DNA of 49,766 nucleotides, from positions 1 to 49,766 of the forward strand of contig DASYSN010000048.1 of the NCBI GenBank assembly GCA_036003305.1, in the 5' to 3' direction. The notes beneath the pieces are model-generated. The model made no database searches and had not been told where the DNA came from. It worked only from the letters and a program-made list of their open reading frames with translations. This stretch comes from Thermoanaerobaculia bacterium. GTDB lineage: Bacteria > Acidobacteriota > Thermoanaerobaculia > Gp7-AA8. Positions 19,460 through 27,738 of the stretch are shown here, piece after piece (the stretch's first letter is position 1; every line of letters begins with the position of its first letter). A program made the translations under genes and the position numbers.

Positions 19460-19521
19460 CTTTCAATCGGGGTTCGTAAGGCGTCGAAGCCTCTTGCGCG
19501 CGCGCCGACGACGGTGCAACG

Positions 19522-19543
19522 CACGTGCGCATTCGCGCACGTG
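19522..19543 (-). terminator. hairpin downstream of ilvE (possible U-tract-less terminator or regulator site)
   Basis: CACGTGCGC-ATTC-GCGCACGTG is a perfect 9-bp stem. It sits next to an unusually AT-rich patch (TTGAAATTTATTTTTAG) that abuts the ilvE stop codon. Confidence 0.25.
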
Positions 19544-19569
19544 AAGAAAGCTCAGCTTGAAATTTATTT

Positions 19570-20541
19570 TTAGCGCGCCGCGAGCGCCGGCTGTCGAGCC
19601 TGTGCGGTGCGCTCCGCGTAGACGGGAGTGAGCCAGCCGAACCGATCGGGAATCTCGCCGCCGATGATCGCGAAGAACTCTTTCTGGATTCGTTCAGTGA
19701 CCGGACCACGCTTGCCGATGCCGATGGTGATCCGGTCGATGCTGCGAATCGGCGTGACCTCGGCGGCGGTGCCGGTGAAGAAGACCTCGTCCGCGATGTA
19801 GAGCGCCTCGCGCGGAATGAGCGCCTCGACCACTTCGAATCCGAGGTCGCGCGCGAGCTGGACGATCGTGTCGCGCGTGATGCCGTTGAGAATCGACGTG
19901 CCGATCGGCGGCGTGAAGATGCGTCCGCCGCGCACCATGAAGATGTTCTCGCCGGAACCTTCGCTCACGTAGCCGTTCACGTCGAGCGCGATCCCCTCGG
20001 CGTATCCGTCGATCGCCGCTTCCTGGCGGATCAGAATCGAGTTCATGTAGTTGCCGGTCGCCTTCGCGAGTGCCGGGAACGTGTTCGGCGCCATCCGGTT
20101 CCACGATGAGATGCAGACGTCGACGCCCTGCTCGAGCGCCTCGGGGCCGAGGTACTTGCCCCAGCGCCACGCGCCGATGGCCACGTCGACCGGGCAGGCC
20201 GCGGGAAAGACGCCGAGCGAGTGGAAGCCGCGATAGACGAGCGGGCGGAGGTAGCAGTCCTCGAACTCGTTTGCCGCGACGGTGTCGATGCACGCCTGGT
20301 TGATCTCGTCGAAGGAGAACGGGATCTCCATTCGATAGATCTTGCAGGAGTCGAAGAGGCGGTGGGTGTGGTCGTCGAGCCGGAAGATCGCCGGCCCTTG
20401 GTCTTTCGTCACGTAACAGCGGATGCCTTCGAAGAGGCCGGAGCCGTAGTGCAGCGCGTGGGTGAAGACGTGAATCTTCGCGTCCGCGAAGTTGACGAGC
20501 TTGCCGTTCATCCAGATTTGCTTGACTTCATCGAAAGGCAT
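19570..20541 (-). CDS. ilvE: branched-chain amino acid aminotransferase (class IV)
   Basis: GAGGAGG lies upstream of the ATG at 20541. MPFDEVKQIWMNGKLV...HALHYGSGLFEGIRCY and the YLRP, GVD and EGSGENIF blocks are typical of IlvE. The track ORF start at 20595 was trimmed. Confidence 0.9.
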   Translation of the reverse strand: MPFDEVKQIWMNGKLVNFADAKIHVFTHALHYGSGLFEGIRCYVTKDQGPAIFRLDDHTHRLFDSCKIYRMEIPFSFDEINQACIDTVAANEFEDCYLRPLVYRGFHSLGVFPAACPVDVAIGAWRWGKYLGPEALEQGVDVCISSWNRMAPNTFPALAKATGNYMNSILIRQEAAIDGYAEGIALDVNGYVSEGSGENIFMVRGGRIFTPPIGTSILNGITRDTIVQLARDLGFEVVEALIPREALYIADEVFFTGTAAEVTPIRSIDRITIGIGKRGPVTERIQKEFFAIIGGEIPDRFGWLTPVYAERTAQARQPALAAR

Positions 20542-20618
20542 GAGGGCCTCCTCGTCTTGAACCGGAGTATAGGTGCCGCTGAATTGCAGAGTCAATGCTA
20601 TAAACCTGCCACGAAACG

Positions 20619-21398
20619 ATGACGAAATTGGAAGGCAAAACGGCCGTCATCACGGGCGCCTCGAGCGGGATCGGGCGCGCCGCGGCGCTGGAGTTCTCGC
20701 GCCGCGGAGCGAACGTCGTCCTCGCCGCCCGCCGCCGTGAAAAGCTCGAAGAGGTGGCCGCGACGTGCCGCGCTCTCGGTGTTCAGGCGACACCAGTCAT
20801 CACGGACGTGACCGTCCGCGAAGATTGCCAGCGCCTGATCGCGTCCGTTCCGCGCGTCGACATTCTGGTGAGCAACGCCGGCTTCGGGATCTACGATCCG
20901 ATCGAGATCGCCAAAGCGAGCGACCTCGAGTCGATGATGCAGACGAATTACTTCGGCGCCGTCTATTGCACGCAGGCGGTGCTGCCGCAGATGCTCGAGC
21001 GGCGCGACGGCGCGATCGTCTTCGTCTCCTCGATCACCGGCATCATGGGATACGCATCGATGGGCGGATACTGCGCTTCGAAGTTCGCCCTGAACGGATT
21101 CGCCGAGGCGCTGCGGAGTGAGGTGATCGGACGCGGCGTGCGCGTTTCGATGGTCTGCCCGGCGACGACCGACACCGACTTCTTCCAGACCGCCGAGCGC
21201 AACAAGATGCCTGGCGCGTCACGCATGATGCTTGCGATGAAGCCGGAGAAGGTGGCGCGCGCGGTCTGCGACGCAGCCGCCGACGGGCGGTATCGGCGAA
21301 TCCTCCCGCTCTTCGCGCATGTCTACATGCGTTTCAAAGAAATCTTCCCGCGCGCGGCGCACGCGCTGATGCGCCGCGTCTCGGCACTGATGGAGTGA
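20619..21398 (+). CDS. SDR family oxidoreductase
   Basis: It has the cofactor motif TGASSGIGRA, NAG, and the catalytic YCASK. Confidence 0.85.
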   Translation: MTKLEGKTAVITGASSGIGRAAALEFSRRGANVVLAARRREKLEEVAATCRALGVQATPVITDVTVREDCQRLIASVPRVDILVSNAGFGIYDPIEIAKASDLESMMQTNYFGAVYCTQAVLPQMLERRDGAIVFVSSITGIMGYASMGGYCASKFALNGFAEALRSEVIGRGVRVSMVCPATTDTDFFQTAERNKMPGASRMMLAMKPEKVARAVCDAAADGRYRRILPLFAHVYMRFKEIFPRAAHALMRRVSALME

Positions 21399-21399
21399 C

Positions 21400-22059
21400 A
21401 TGTTCTCGATCCTCAAAAAGGCGCCGGTGACGCGCACGCTGCTGATTGCGATCACCGTCATCGCGATCGCCGAATGCCTGGTTGGTGCGCGCTCGCTCAA
21501 TCCGATGACGGAGTTTCTGAACGAAGACCAGGCCATCGCGTTCGGCGCGATCGTCCCCGGCATGATGTTCTTCGGCCAATACTGGCGCGCGATCACCGGA
21601 ATGTTTCTTCACGCGAACTGGCTGCACTGGGCCGCCAATGCCTGGGCGCTGTTCCAGCTCGGCTCCCTCTACGAAGTGATGTTTGGCTCCGTGCGGTTCA
21701 CGGCCATTTACTTCGTGACCGGGATCATCGCGTCCATCGCCAGCTCGATGGTCTCGACGCACATCGCCGTCGGAGCGAGCGGCGCGATCCTCGGCATCCT
21801 CGGCGCGTTCTTCTTCTCGATCAAACGGTCACCCGTATGGCGGCACGAGCGATGGACGAAGAGTCTCCTGAATCAACTCCTCTTCTGGGCCGGACTGAAT
21901 CTGGTGCTCGGACTCGAAGTGAAGAACATCGACAACACCGCGCACATCGCCGGCTTGGTCTCCGGAATCCTCCTCGGCCTGATCCCGCACCGCGTTCCCC
22001 CTCCGCCGCCCAGCTCGCGCGTCGTCGACGTGACGCCCAGCAGTTACGGCAACGAGTGA
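21400..22059 (+). CDS. rhomboid family intramembrane serine protease
   Basis: Six TM segments are apparent. It has the catalytic Ser motif GASGAILG, the His motif AHIAGLVSGILLG and HANWLHWAAN. Confidence 0.85.
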   Translation: MFSILKKAPVTRTLLIAITVIAIAECLVGARSLNPMTEFLNEDQAIAFGAIVPGMMFFGQYWRAITGMFLHANWLHWAANAWALFQLGSLYEVMFGSVRFTAIYFVTGIIASIASSMVSTHIAVGASGAILGILGAFFFSIKRSPVWRHERWTKSLLNQLLFWAGLNLVLGLEVKNIDNTAHIAGLVSGILLGLIPHRVPPPPPSSRVVDVTPSSYGNE

Positions 22060-23156
22060 CGGAGGATCATCCGCAGATCCTGCGGGGCGAACACGCGCGC
22101 GTTGATCGCCTCGACTACGCGCCGTAGCGCAGGCGGGTCTTCGTCCGACACCGAAAGCGCCGTTCCTTCCGGCAGCGGGTGAACCGCAACGACCTCGTCG
22201 ACGGAGAACCCGTACTCGCGCGCGAGGAGGGTGAGTGCCGCGGGATGGCGCGGCGCGATGTGCGTCGGATCGCGCCAGAAGTCGGACGCCCCGACCAGCA
22301 TCGACTCCGCGTTCGGCGTCTCGATCATCAGCAGCCCGCCGTTGCGCAACGTGCGCGCCGCCTCGCGGAAAAGCGCGAAGAGCGCGTCCACCGGCAGGTG
22401 CTCGACGACATGGAGCGCCGCGATCGAACCGAGGGAGTGATCTGCGAACTTGCCGAAGCACTCCGGAATGCCGGCCAACGCAACATCGACTCCGCGCGCC
22501 TTCAGATCGGCGACGGAGCGCTCGTTCGTGTCGCAGCCCGACGCGTCGATTCCCGCCTCGCGCGCTGCGATGAGCAGCTCCCCGCGCCCACAGCCTGCGT
22601 CAAACAGCGGCTGGTGATCGCGCGCCAGGGCAACATACGGCGCAACGTCCGGCGTGCCGCGCAGGGAATCCTCGAGGCGCCGGTAGAGAAAATCGTCTCT
22701 CAACGGGGCGGCGGCGCTCTCGCCTCCGCGGACGACCGGGTTCACGACGTCCCGGATCCGCACCGCCAGCGTTTCGATCTTCTGATCGAGCGCCGCGATC
22801 AGTGCGTCGTTGCGCTTCGCCGAAATCGGGATCAGCTCCCGGATCTGGGCGATATCGCGCGCGAGCAATTCGTCGGCGGTTCGGACATCGCGCTGTACCG
22901 TCGCGATGTCGCTCTTCAGATCGGCCCGGACTGCGGCGATATCGTTACGGATGTCGCCGAGGAGGTCGAGCAGAACGACGTTGTAGTTCCGCTGGCGCTC
23001 CGCGTCCGGCTCGATCGCGCGGCGCGTGAGGCGGCGCCAGATGCCGAGGAGCCATTCGTGTTTCGAGGGACGCGGGTGGTAGCGACGGTCTTCGTTCCAC
23101 AGCTCGCGCCACGCATCCGCACCGGCGGGAGGCGCGTCGATGAACCGCTCGTCCAC
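22044..23156 (-). CDS. class I SAM-dependent methyltransferase with N-terminal coiled-coil region
   Basis: SAM motif I is LFDAGCGRGELL, and post-I/II blocks are present (ALHVVEHLP, LRNGGLLMIETP). The start is a GTG with no obvious RBS, so the 5' end is uncertain. Confidence 0.65.
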   Translation of the reverse strand: MDERFIDAPPAGADAWRELWNEDRRYHPRPSKHEWLLGIWRRLTRRAIEPDAERQRNYNVVLLDLLGDIRNDIAAVRADLKSDIATVQRDVRTADELLARDIAQIRELIPISAKRNDALIAALDQKIETLAVRIRDVVNPVVRGGESAAAPLRDDFLYRRLEDSLRGTPDVAPYVALARDHQPLFDAGCGRGELLIAAREAGIDASGCDTNERSVADLKARGVDVALAGIPECFGKFADHSLGSIAALHVVEHLPVDALFALFREAARTLRNGGLLMIETPNAESMLVGASDFWRDPTHIAPRHPAALTLLAREYGFSVDEVVAVHPLPEGTALSVSDEDPPALRRVVEAINARVFAPQDLRMILRHSLP

Positions 23157-23168
23157 TGGCAGGAGTTT

Positions 23169-23196
23169 ATCCTCCGCCGTGGGTACGGCGGAGGAT
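23169..23196 (-). terminator. perfect 11-bp hairpin downstream of rplI
   Basis: ATCCTCCGCCG-TGGGTA-CGGCGGAGGAT lies between the rplI stop (23207) and the methyltransferase start (23156). There is no U-tract, so a terminator function is inferred only. Confidence 0.35.
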
Positions 23197-23206
23197 CAGA
23201 GAGGGT

Positions 23207-23686
23207 TTACTGAGCGGCGGGCGTCTCTTCGAGCTTCTCGGCGCCCTGCGGAACGACTTCGACCTGGATTTGCGCGGTGACGTCGCGATGCAGCCGCACT
23301 TCGACGTCGTGGACGCCGAGCGACTTGATCGGATGATCGAGCTCGATGCGGCGCTTCTCGACCTGCACGCCCTTGGCGACGAGCGCGTCGGCGATCTCGT
23401 TCGCGGTGACGGAGCCGAAGAGCTGTCCGGTGTCGCCGACCCGCTTCTGGATCGTGACCTTCATGCCCTTCACGGAGTCGGCCGCCTTCTGCGCCTGGTC
23501 CTTCTCCTGCGCCGCGAGCAGCGCCCACTTCTTCTTCTCTTGCTCGATCGACTTCAGGTTGCCTGTCGTCGCCTCGCGCGCGAGCTTCTTCGGGATGAGG
23601 AAATTCCTCGCGTAACCGTCCTTGACGGTCACGATCTCGCCGCGCGTTCCGAGCCCGCGGATCTCGTCAGTGAGGATGACTTTCAT
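23207..23686 (-). CDS. rplI: 50S ribosomal protein L9
   Basis: MKVILTDEIRGLGTRGEIVTVKDGYARNFLIPKKLA is the canonical L9 N-terminus. The track ORF was trimmed to the ATG at 23686. Confidence 0.95.
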   Translation of the reverse strand: MKVILTDEIRGLGTRGEIVTVKDGYARNFLIPKKLAREATTGNLKSIEQEKKKWALLAAQEKDQAQKAADSVKGMKVTIQKRVGDTGQLFGSVTANEIADALVAKGVQVEKRRIELDHPIKSLGVHDVEVRLHRDVTAQIQVEVVPQGAEKLEETPAAQ

Positions 23687-24701
23687 CGGGGTGATCCTTT
23701 CGTTTGAACTTTCGGAAATCAAAAAAAGAGTCAAATAGACCGGCGATGCTCAGCAGCAGCATGGCGATCGGCAGCATCAGCACCACCATCCCCCAGGCAA
23801 ACAGCGTCCCGATGGGACCGGCGCCGACGGCGATCAGCAGCCAGCGGAAAATCGCCAGACCTTGCAACAAGTAGAGAAAGACCGTCACCGCCAGCACGTT
23901 CGCGGAAAGGCTCTGCAGCCATCCGGTCGTCAGCGGCGCGATGCCGCCGAACACGAACGCGAACAACAGCCACTCCGGCAGCGACAGGTTGCGGAAGAGG
24001 TACAGCGGCGCGAAACTCGCCTCTCGCTGCGCGATGAACTGCTTCCATGCACGCAGGCGGCCGAACATCACGAGGCTGAGCACGAAGACCATCGCAATCT
24101 CGGCGAGGAGGAAACCGGGGGCGCAGAGCACCGCGAGCTTCGTCGACGCGCGGAGAGCGCTGATGACGTCCGACGGCGCGCCGCTCTTCTGATAGCCGGC
24201 GACGAACTGCCCCGCCATCTGATCGACGCGCACCACCTGCTCGCGTCCGGGCGAGAAGTTCACGGCGGCGCGCATGCCGGCTTCCGTCGCCGTGAGGCCG
24301 AGGATCGACAGCACGACCGCGAAGAGCAGCACGCGCCCGAACGACTCGCCGCGCTCGACGAGCGGCTGCACGAGCAGCGCAGGAAGAGCGACCGCCAGGA
24401 GGAGCGCGATGACGTACGCATACCCCATCATCACGTCCGACTGCGACGTTCCCGGCGCGTGCGCCGTCTGGATCGCCACGATCCACGCCACCAGCGCCGA
24501 AACGGCGAGCGCTCCGATCGTCGCACCGCGGCCATTCCGGATCGCGCAGTGGAAGATCGCCGCCGGCACGAAGACGAACAGCGGCGAGATCAACATCAAC
24601 GACAGCAGCAATGCATAGCCGGCAATGCTCCACGCCAGCCGTCCGAAGGGACGGCCGTGGAACATCATCGGCTCATGCTGCAGCGTCGAGGTGTCGGTCA
24701 T
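23667..24701 (-). CDS. DUF2232 (YybS-like) integral membrane protein
   Basis: It is a polytopic membrane protein of 344 aa. Its position between rpsR and rplI matches the yybS position in Firmicutes. Its start overlaps the rpsR stop by 1 nt (TGATG), and its 3' end overlaps rplI by 20 nt. Confidence 0.6.
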   Translation of the reverse strand: MTDTSTLQHEPMMFHGRPFGRLAWSIAGYALLLSLMLISPLFVFVPAAIFHCAIRNGRGATIGALAVSALVAWIVAIQTAHAPGTSQSDVMMGYAYVIALLLAVALPALLVQPLVERGESFGRVLLFAVVLSILGLTATEAGMRAAVNFSPGREQVVRVDQMAGQFVAGYQKSGAPSDVISALRASTKLAVLCAPGFLLAEIAMVFVLSLVMFGRLRAWKQFIAQREASFAPLYLFRNLSLPEWLLFAFVFGGIAPLTTGWLQSLSANVLAVTVFLYLLQGLAIFRWLLIAVGAGPIGTLFAWGMVVLMLPIAMLLLSIAGLFDSFFDFRKFKRKDHPDESHPH

Positions 24702-25003
24702 CAGTCGGCCGTGAACGGAAGCAGCGCCGCGATACGGGCGCGCTTGATGGCCGCCTGCAGCTTCCGCTGGTGAAGCGCGCAGGTGCCGGAGATGCGGCGC
24801 GGAAGGATCTTGCCGCGCTCGGGGATGAACTGCTGGAGCGTCTTGATGTCCTTGAAGTCGATGTACTCGATCTTCTCGACGCAGAACTTGCAGACGCGTT
24901 TCCGGCGGTAGAAGAACTTCTTCTTTCCGCCCTGCTGGCCGCCTGGGCCGGACGAACCGCGGTCACCGCGGCCGCCGCGGCTGGGTACGGGTGCTGTAGC
25001 CAT
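24701..25003 (-). CDS. rpsR: 30S ribosomal protein S18
   Basis: [53 protein letters not shown] is canonical S18. Confidence 0.95.
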   Translation of the reverse strand: MATAPVPSRGGRGDRGSSGPGGQQGGKKKFFYRRKRVCKFCVEKIEYIDFKDIKTLQQFIPERGKILPRRISGTCALHQRKLQAAIKRARIAALLPFTAD

Positions 25004-25018
25004 GATTCTCTCCTCTCC

Positions 25019-25411
25019 TTACGCCTGCGGCGCCTCTTCGGCGGCCGGCGTCGCGACAGGCGCAGCGGCCGGGCGGACGCGCTCCTTCTTCGGGTTGCGC
25101 TTGGCGAGCTTGTCGGCGCGCTTCAGATCGAGATCGGTGCGCACGATCATGTGGCGCAGCACGCGATCCGAGTTCTTCATGCGGCGGTCGAGCTCCGCGA
25201 GCGAAGCTCCGCTCTCGAACACGAAGAGGTGGTAGATGCCTTCGTTGAACTTCTGGATGGGATAAGCGAGACGGCGGCGGCCCCACGCGTCTTCCGATTT
25301 GAGCGTGGCGCCCGTCGACTCGGCGATGCGCTTGAACTCGGCGATCAGCGCCGTCGCCTCTTCCTCCGTCACTTGCGGAGAAAGGATGAACAGGACTTCA
25401 TACGTCCTCAT
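25019..25411 (-). CDS. rpsF: 30S ribosomal protein S6
   Basis: MRTYEVLFILSP...WGRRRLAYPIQKFNEGIYHLF is canonical S6, with a basic/Ala-rich C-terminal tail. Confidence 0.95.
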   Translation of the reverse strand: MRTYEVLFILSPQVTEEEATALIAEFKRIAESTGATLKSEDAWGRRRLAYPIQKFNEGIYHLFVFESGASLAELDRRMKNSDRVLRHMIVRTDLDLKRADKLAKRNPKKERVRPAAAPVATPAAEEAPQA

Positions 25412-25433
25412 GAATCCTCCTTCTGGCCTAGCG

Positions 25434-25455
25434 GACTCGGATCTCGATCCGAGTC
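25434..25455 (-). promoter_or_regulatory. perfect palindrome in the rpsF leader region
   Basis: GACTCGGATC-TC-GATCCGAGTC lies 23 nt upstream of the rpsF ATG. A sigma70-like TTGCCG-N17-TACACT (minus strand, 25537..25509) lies further upstream. Any role (leader structure, or terminator of the upstream paralogue gene) is inferred. Confidence 0.3.
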
Positions 25456-25546
25456 AAGGAGCTGGCAGATTGTTAAAGAATGTCCGCGGCCCGGAGACCG
25501 GGGCGGCAAGTGTAGGGAAAGCGGCCCGGAGCGGCAAGAATTCCAG

Positions 25547-27727
25547 TCAATGCCGAACCGCTCGTCCCCTCACCTGCGGAACGAAGATCTGCCGCGCAAA
25601 CAGCCTCGGGATACCCTCCTCGGCCCCGTTCGATCGCGAATAGACCACCAGGCCAGACGCAACCGCGGTGTCGAGCGAAAAAAGCGAATCGTTCTGTGCA
25701 AGGACGAACGGTGGATCGAGAATCGCTCCCTCGCTGCTGACCGTGACGGCGCGCGCCTCGGACGCGTCACTGTTCGGACTGAACAGGTACTGATCCGTCC
25801 AGGTCAGAACGTAGCGCGATGCCTGAAACGCGATTTGCGGCGTTGTCACACGAAAGCCGGCCACCACCGCCAGGGCGTCGACGACCGTCCCTTCCCGCAG
25901 CAGCCGTTTCATCCTGAGATTCGCGTCGTCTGTATACGCAATCAGAAAATCACGCCCGTCGGACGCAATAGCGGGCTCCGTTTCATTCAGGCCGGTGGTT
26001 GCAACCGCGATCGGCGAGGCGTCGATCGGCAGCCCCGTCGCGCCGAGGCGCACCGCGTAGATGTCATCCTGAAGGACGAATCCGTCGCTCTTCCCCTCGG
26101 TCCATGCGACGACGAACTCCTGGCCGTTCGTCGCGACTGCCAAATACCTGCTGATGAATCGGCTGGCGAAGACGGGCTGCGTGTCGATCACGGAGCCGTC
26201 CGTGTTGAGGCGAACCACCTTCACGACGGAGTTCCCCTCAGAGATTGCGACAATGGTCGTCGCGCCATTCGACGCCGCGGCCGCATAGTCGCCATGGCCG
26301 AAGACGATCGGATCCTTGTCCAGCACGACTCCCGTGGGCGAAATGCGCTTGCCCGCGATCGATGGGCCATAGGGGAAGACGACGAGATAGAAGTTCCCTG
26401 CCCAGACAACCGAGGGATTCGAAAACGTTGCACCTACGGCGATCGCGATCGGAGTCCCGTCGAGCGGGTTGCCGGATGGATCGAGGCGCGTTGCCACGAT
26501 GTCGGCGCGCTCGTCGCCGCGTTCCAGATCCCACACGAGCAAAGCCCCGGCCGGCGAGGAGGCGAGGACCGGATGCGTCTGGGGCACCGCGGAGCGCGAC
26601 ACCGTCAGGTCCCGTTGCGTGATCGTCGTCGCATCGCGATCGAGCATCGCGCCGAGGATGTGGTTGTCGGAATTCGACGGCCGCGAGTCGTTCCAGATCG
26701 CAAGAGCGCCGCCGGGCCCCTGCACCACTTGCGGCGGCGTGTTGATGAAGATGGGAGAAACGTCGAGCATCCGGACGGTGTCAGACGTGAACCGCAGCGT
26801 GTCGATGTTGTTGACGTCGGTCGCGTACGCGACGAAATCGTCGCCGCTCCAGAACACGCCGACGAGCTGGTTGTTGAACAAGGCGAATGGCGCCGGGGGT
26901 AACCGGTCAATCGCGCCGCTCAGACGATCGACGCGCAACCGCTGGAGTGTGCCGTCGGTCGCGGTCATGAACGCCACGCCGAACTGCGATCCATTCGACG
27001 CCACCGCGGCGCTCACACCCTCGAGCTGCAGATTGGACGCGAGCGTCACGGGGCCGGCGTCGATCGGAGCGCCGTTGCCGTCGAAGCGCTCCAGATAGAC
27101 ATTTGTCTGTTTGACGGCCGGCGCAGGTGCCTGGCCGGCCCATACGATCGCAAACGTGTCGCCTGCCGCGGCCACTGCCACGCTCGCCTGCGACGAAGGC
27201 ACGGCCACGGAACGAATCAACTGTCCGTTCGCGTCGAGCATCAGCGCCTTCATTCCGCCCGGCGCGGTGAACGCGACCAATGCGTGATGGCCGTTCCAGC
27301 CAAGACCTGCCGGCGAGACGTCCTGCGGAAACGATGTGAGGCTCTGCACTTCTCCAGTCAGCATCCCCTCGGACGACAAAGGCGCGGCGACCAGTGAAAG
27401 CTTCTCCATGTCATTCCAGACAGCGAGGTAATGATCGCCTGTCCAGACGAGTGACGAGCTACGCTGAACCCCCGGTAGCACGAGGTTCGACGAGAGCGGG
27501 TGGACGGAGCCATCGGCATCGATCACCGATGAGTAGAGTCCGTGACGGAGACTATCTTCCGCCCAGAGCGCCAAACACGATTCCCCGTTACATGCGACGG
27601 ACGCGTTTTGCTGCGAGCCAAAGGCAATCGCATGCTCGAAGGGCGCGATCGCCTTTTCCGGCCCCAACGTCGTCGCGGCGGCGAAGATCGGGAACAGGAC
27701 CACAACAGCCAACAGCAGCTTGCGCAT
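25547..27727 (-). CDS. secreted ~14-unit repeat protein, unknown family (paralogue 1 of 3)
   Basis: GGAG precedes the ATG at 27727, and MRKLLLAVVVLFPIFAAATT is a signal peptide. About 14 units of ~50 aa follow, with cores such as DHYLAVWND, DTFAIVWAG, QEFVVAWTE and RDFLIAYTD. The C-terminal tail is RGRAVRH. The track ORF 25547..28288 runs on upstream into the next gene in another frame and was trimmed. Confidence 0.8.
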   Translation of the reverse strand: MRKLLLAVVVLFPIFAAATTLGPEKAIAPFEHAIAFGSQQNASVACNGESCLALWAEDSLRHGLYSSVIDADGSVHPLSSNLVLPGVQRSSSLVWTGDHYLAVWNDMEKLSLVAAPLSSEGMLTGEVQSLTSFPQDVSPAGLGWNGHHALVAFTAPGGMKALMLDANGQLIRSVAVPSSQASVAVAAAGDTFAIVWAGQAPAPAVKQTNVYLERFDGNGAPIDAGPVTLASNLQLEGVSAAVASNGSQFGVAFMTATDGTLQRLRVDRLSGAIDRLPPAPFALFNNQLVGVFWSGDDFVAYATDVNNIDTLRFTSDTVRMLDVSPIFINTPPQVVQGPGGALAIWNDSRPSNSDNHILGAMLDRDATTITQRDLTVSRSAVPQTHPVLASSPAGALLVWDLERGDERADIVATRLDPSGNPLDGTPIAIAVGATFSNPSVVWAGNFYLVVFPYGPSIAGKRISPTGVVLDKDPIVFGHGDYAAAASNGATTIVAISEGNSVVKVVRLNTDGSVIDTQPVFASRFISRYLAVATNGQEFVVAWTEGKSDGFVLQDDIYAVRLGATGLPIDASPIAVATTGLNETEPAIASDGRDFLIAYTDDANLRMKRLLREGTVVDALAVVAGFRVTTPQIAFQASRYVLTWTDQYLFSPNSDASEARAVTVSSEGAILDPPFVLAQNDSLFSLDTAVASGLVVYSRSNGAEEGIPRLFARQIFVPQVRGRAVRH

Positions 27728-27738
27728 AAAGAGCTCCG

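Noticed and set aside
24611-26902. 763-aa plus-strand ORF
   Set aside because: It is antisense to rpsR, rpsF and repeat paralogue 1, all of which have unmistakable protein signatures. The composition is Arg-rich nonsense.
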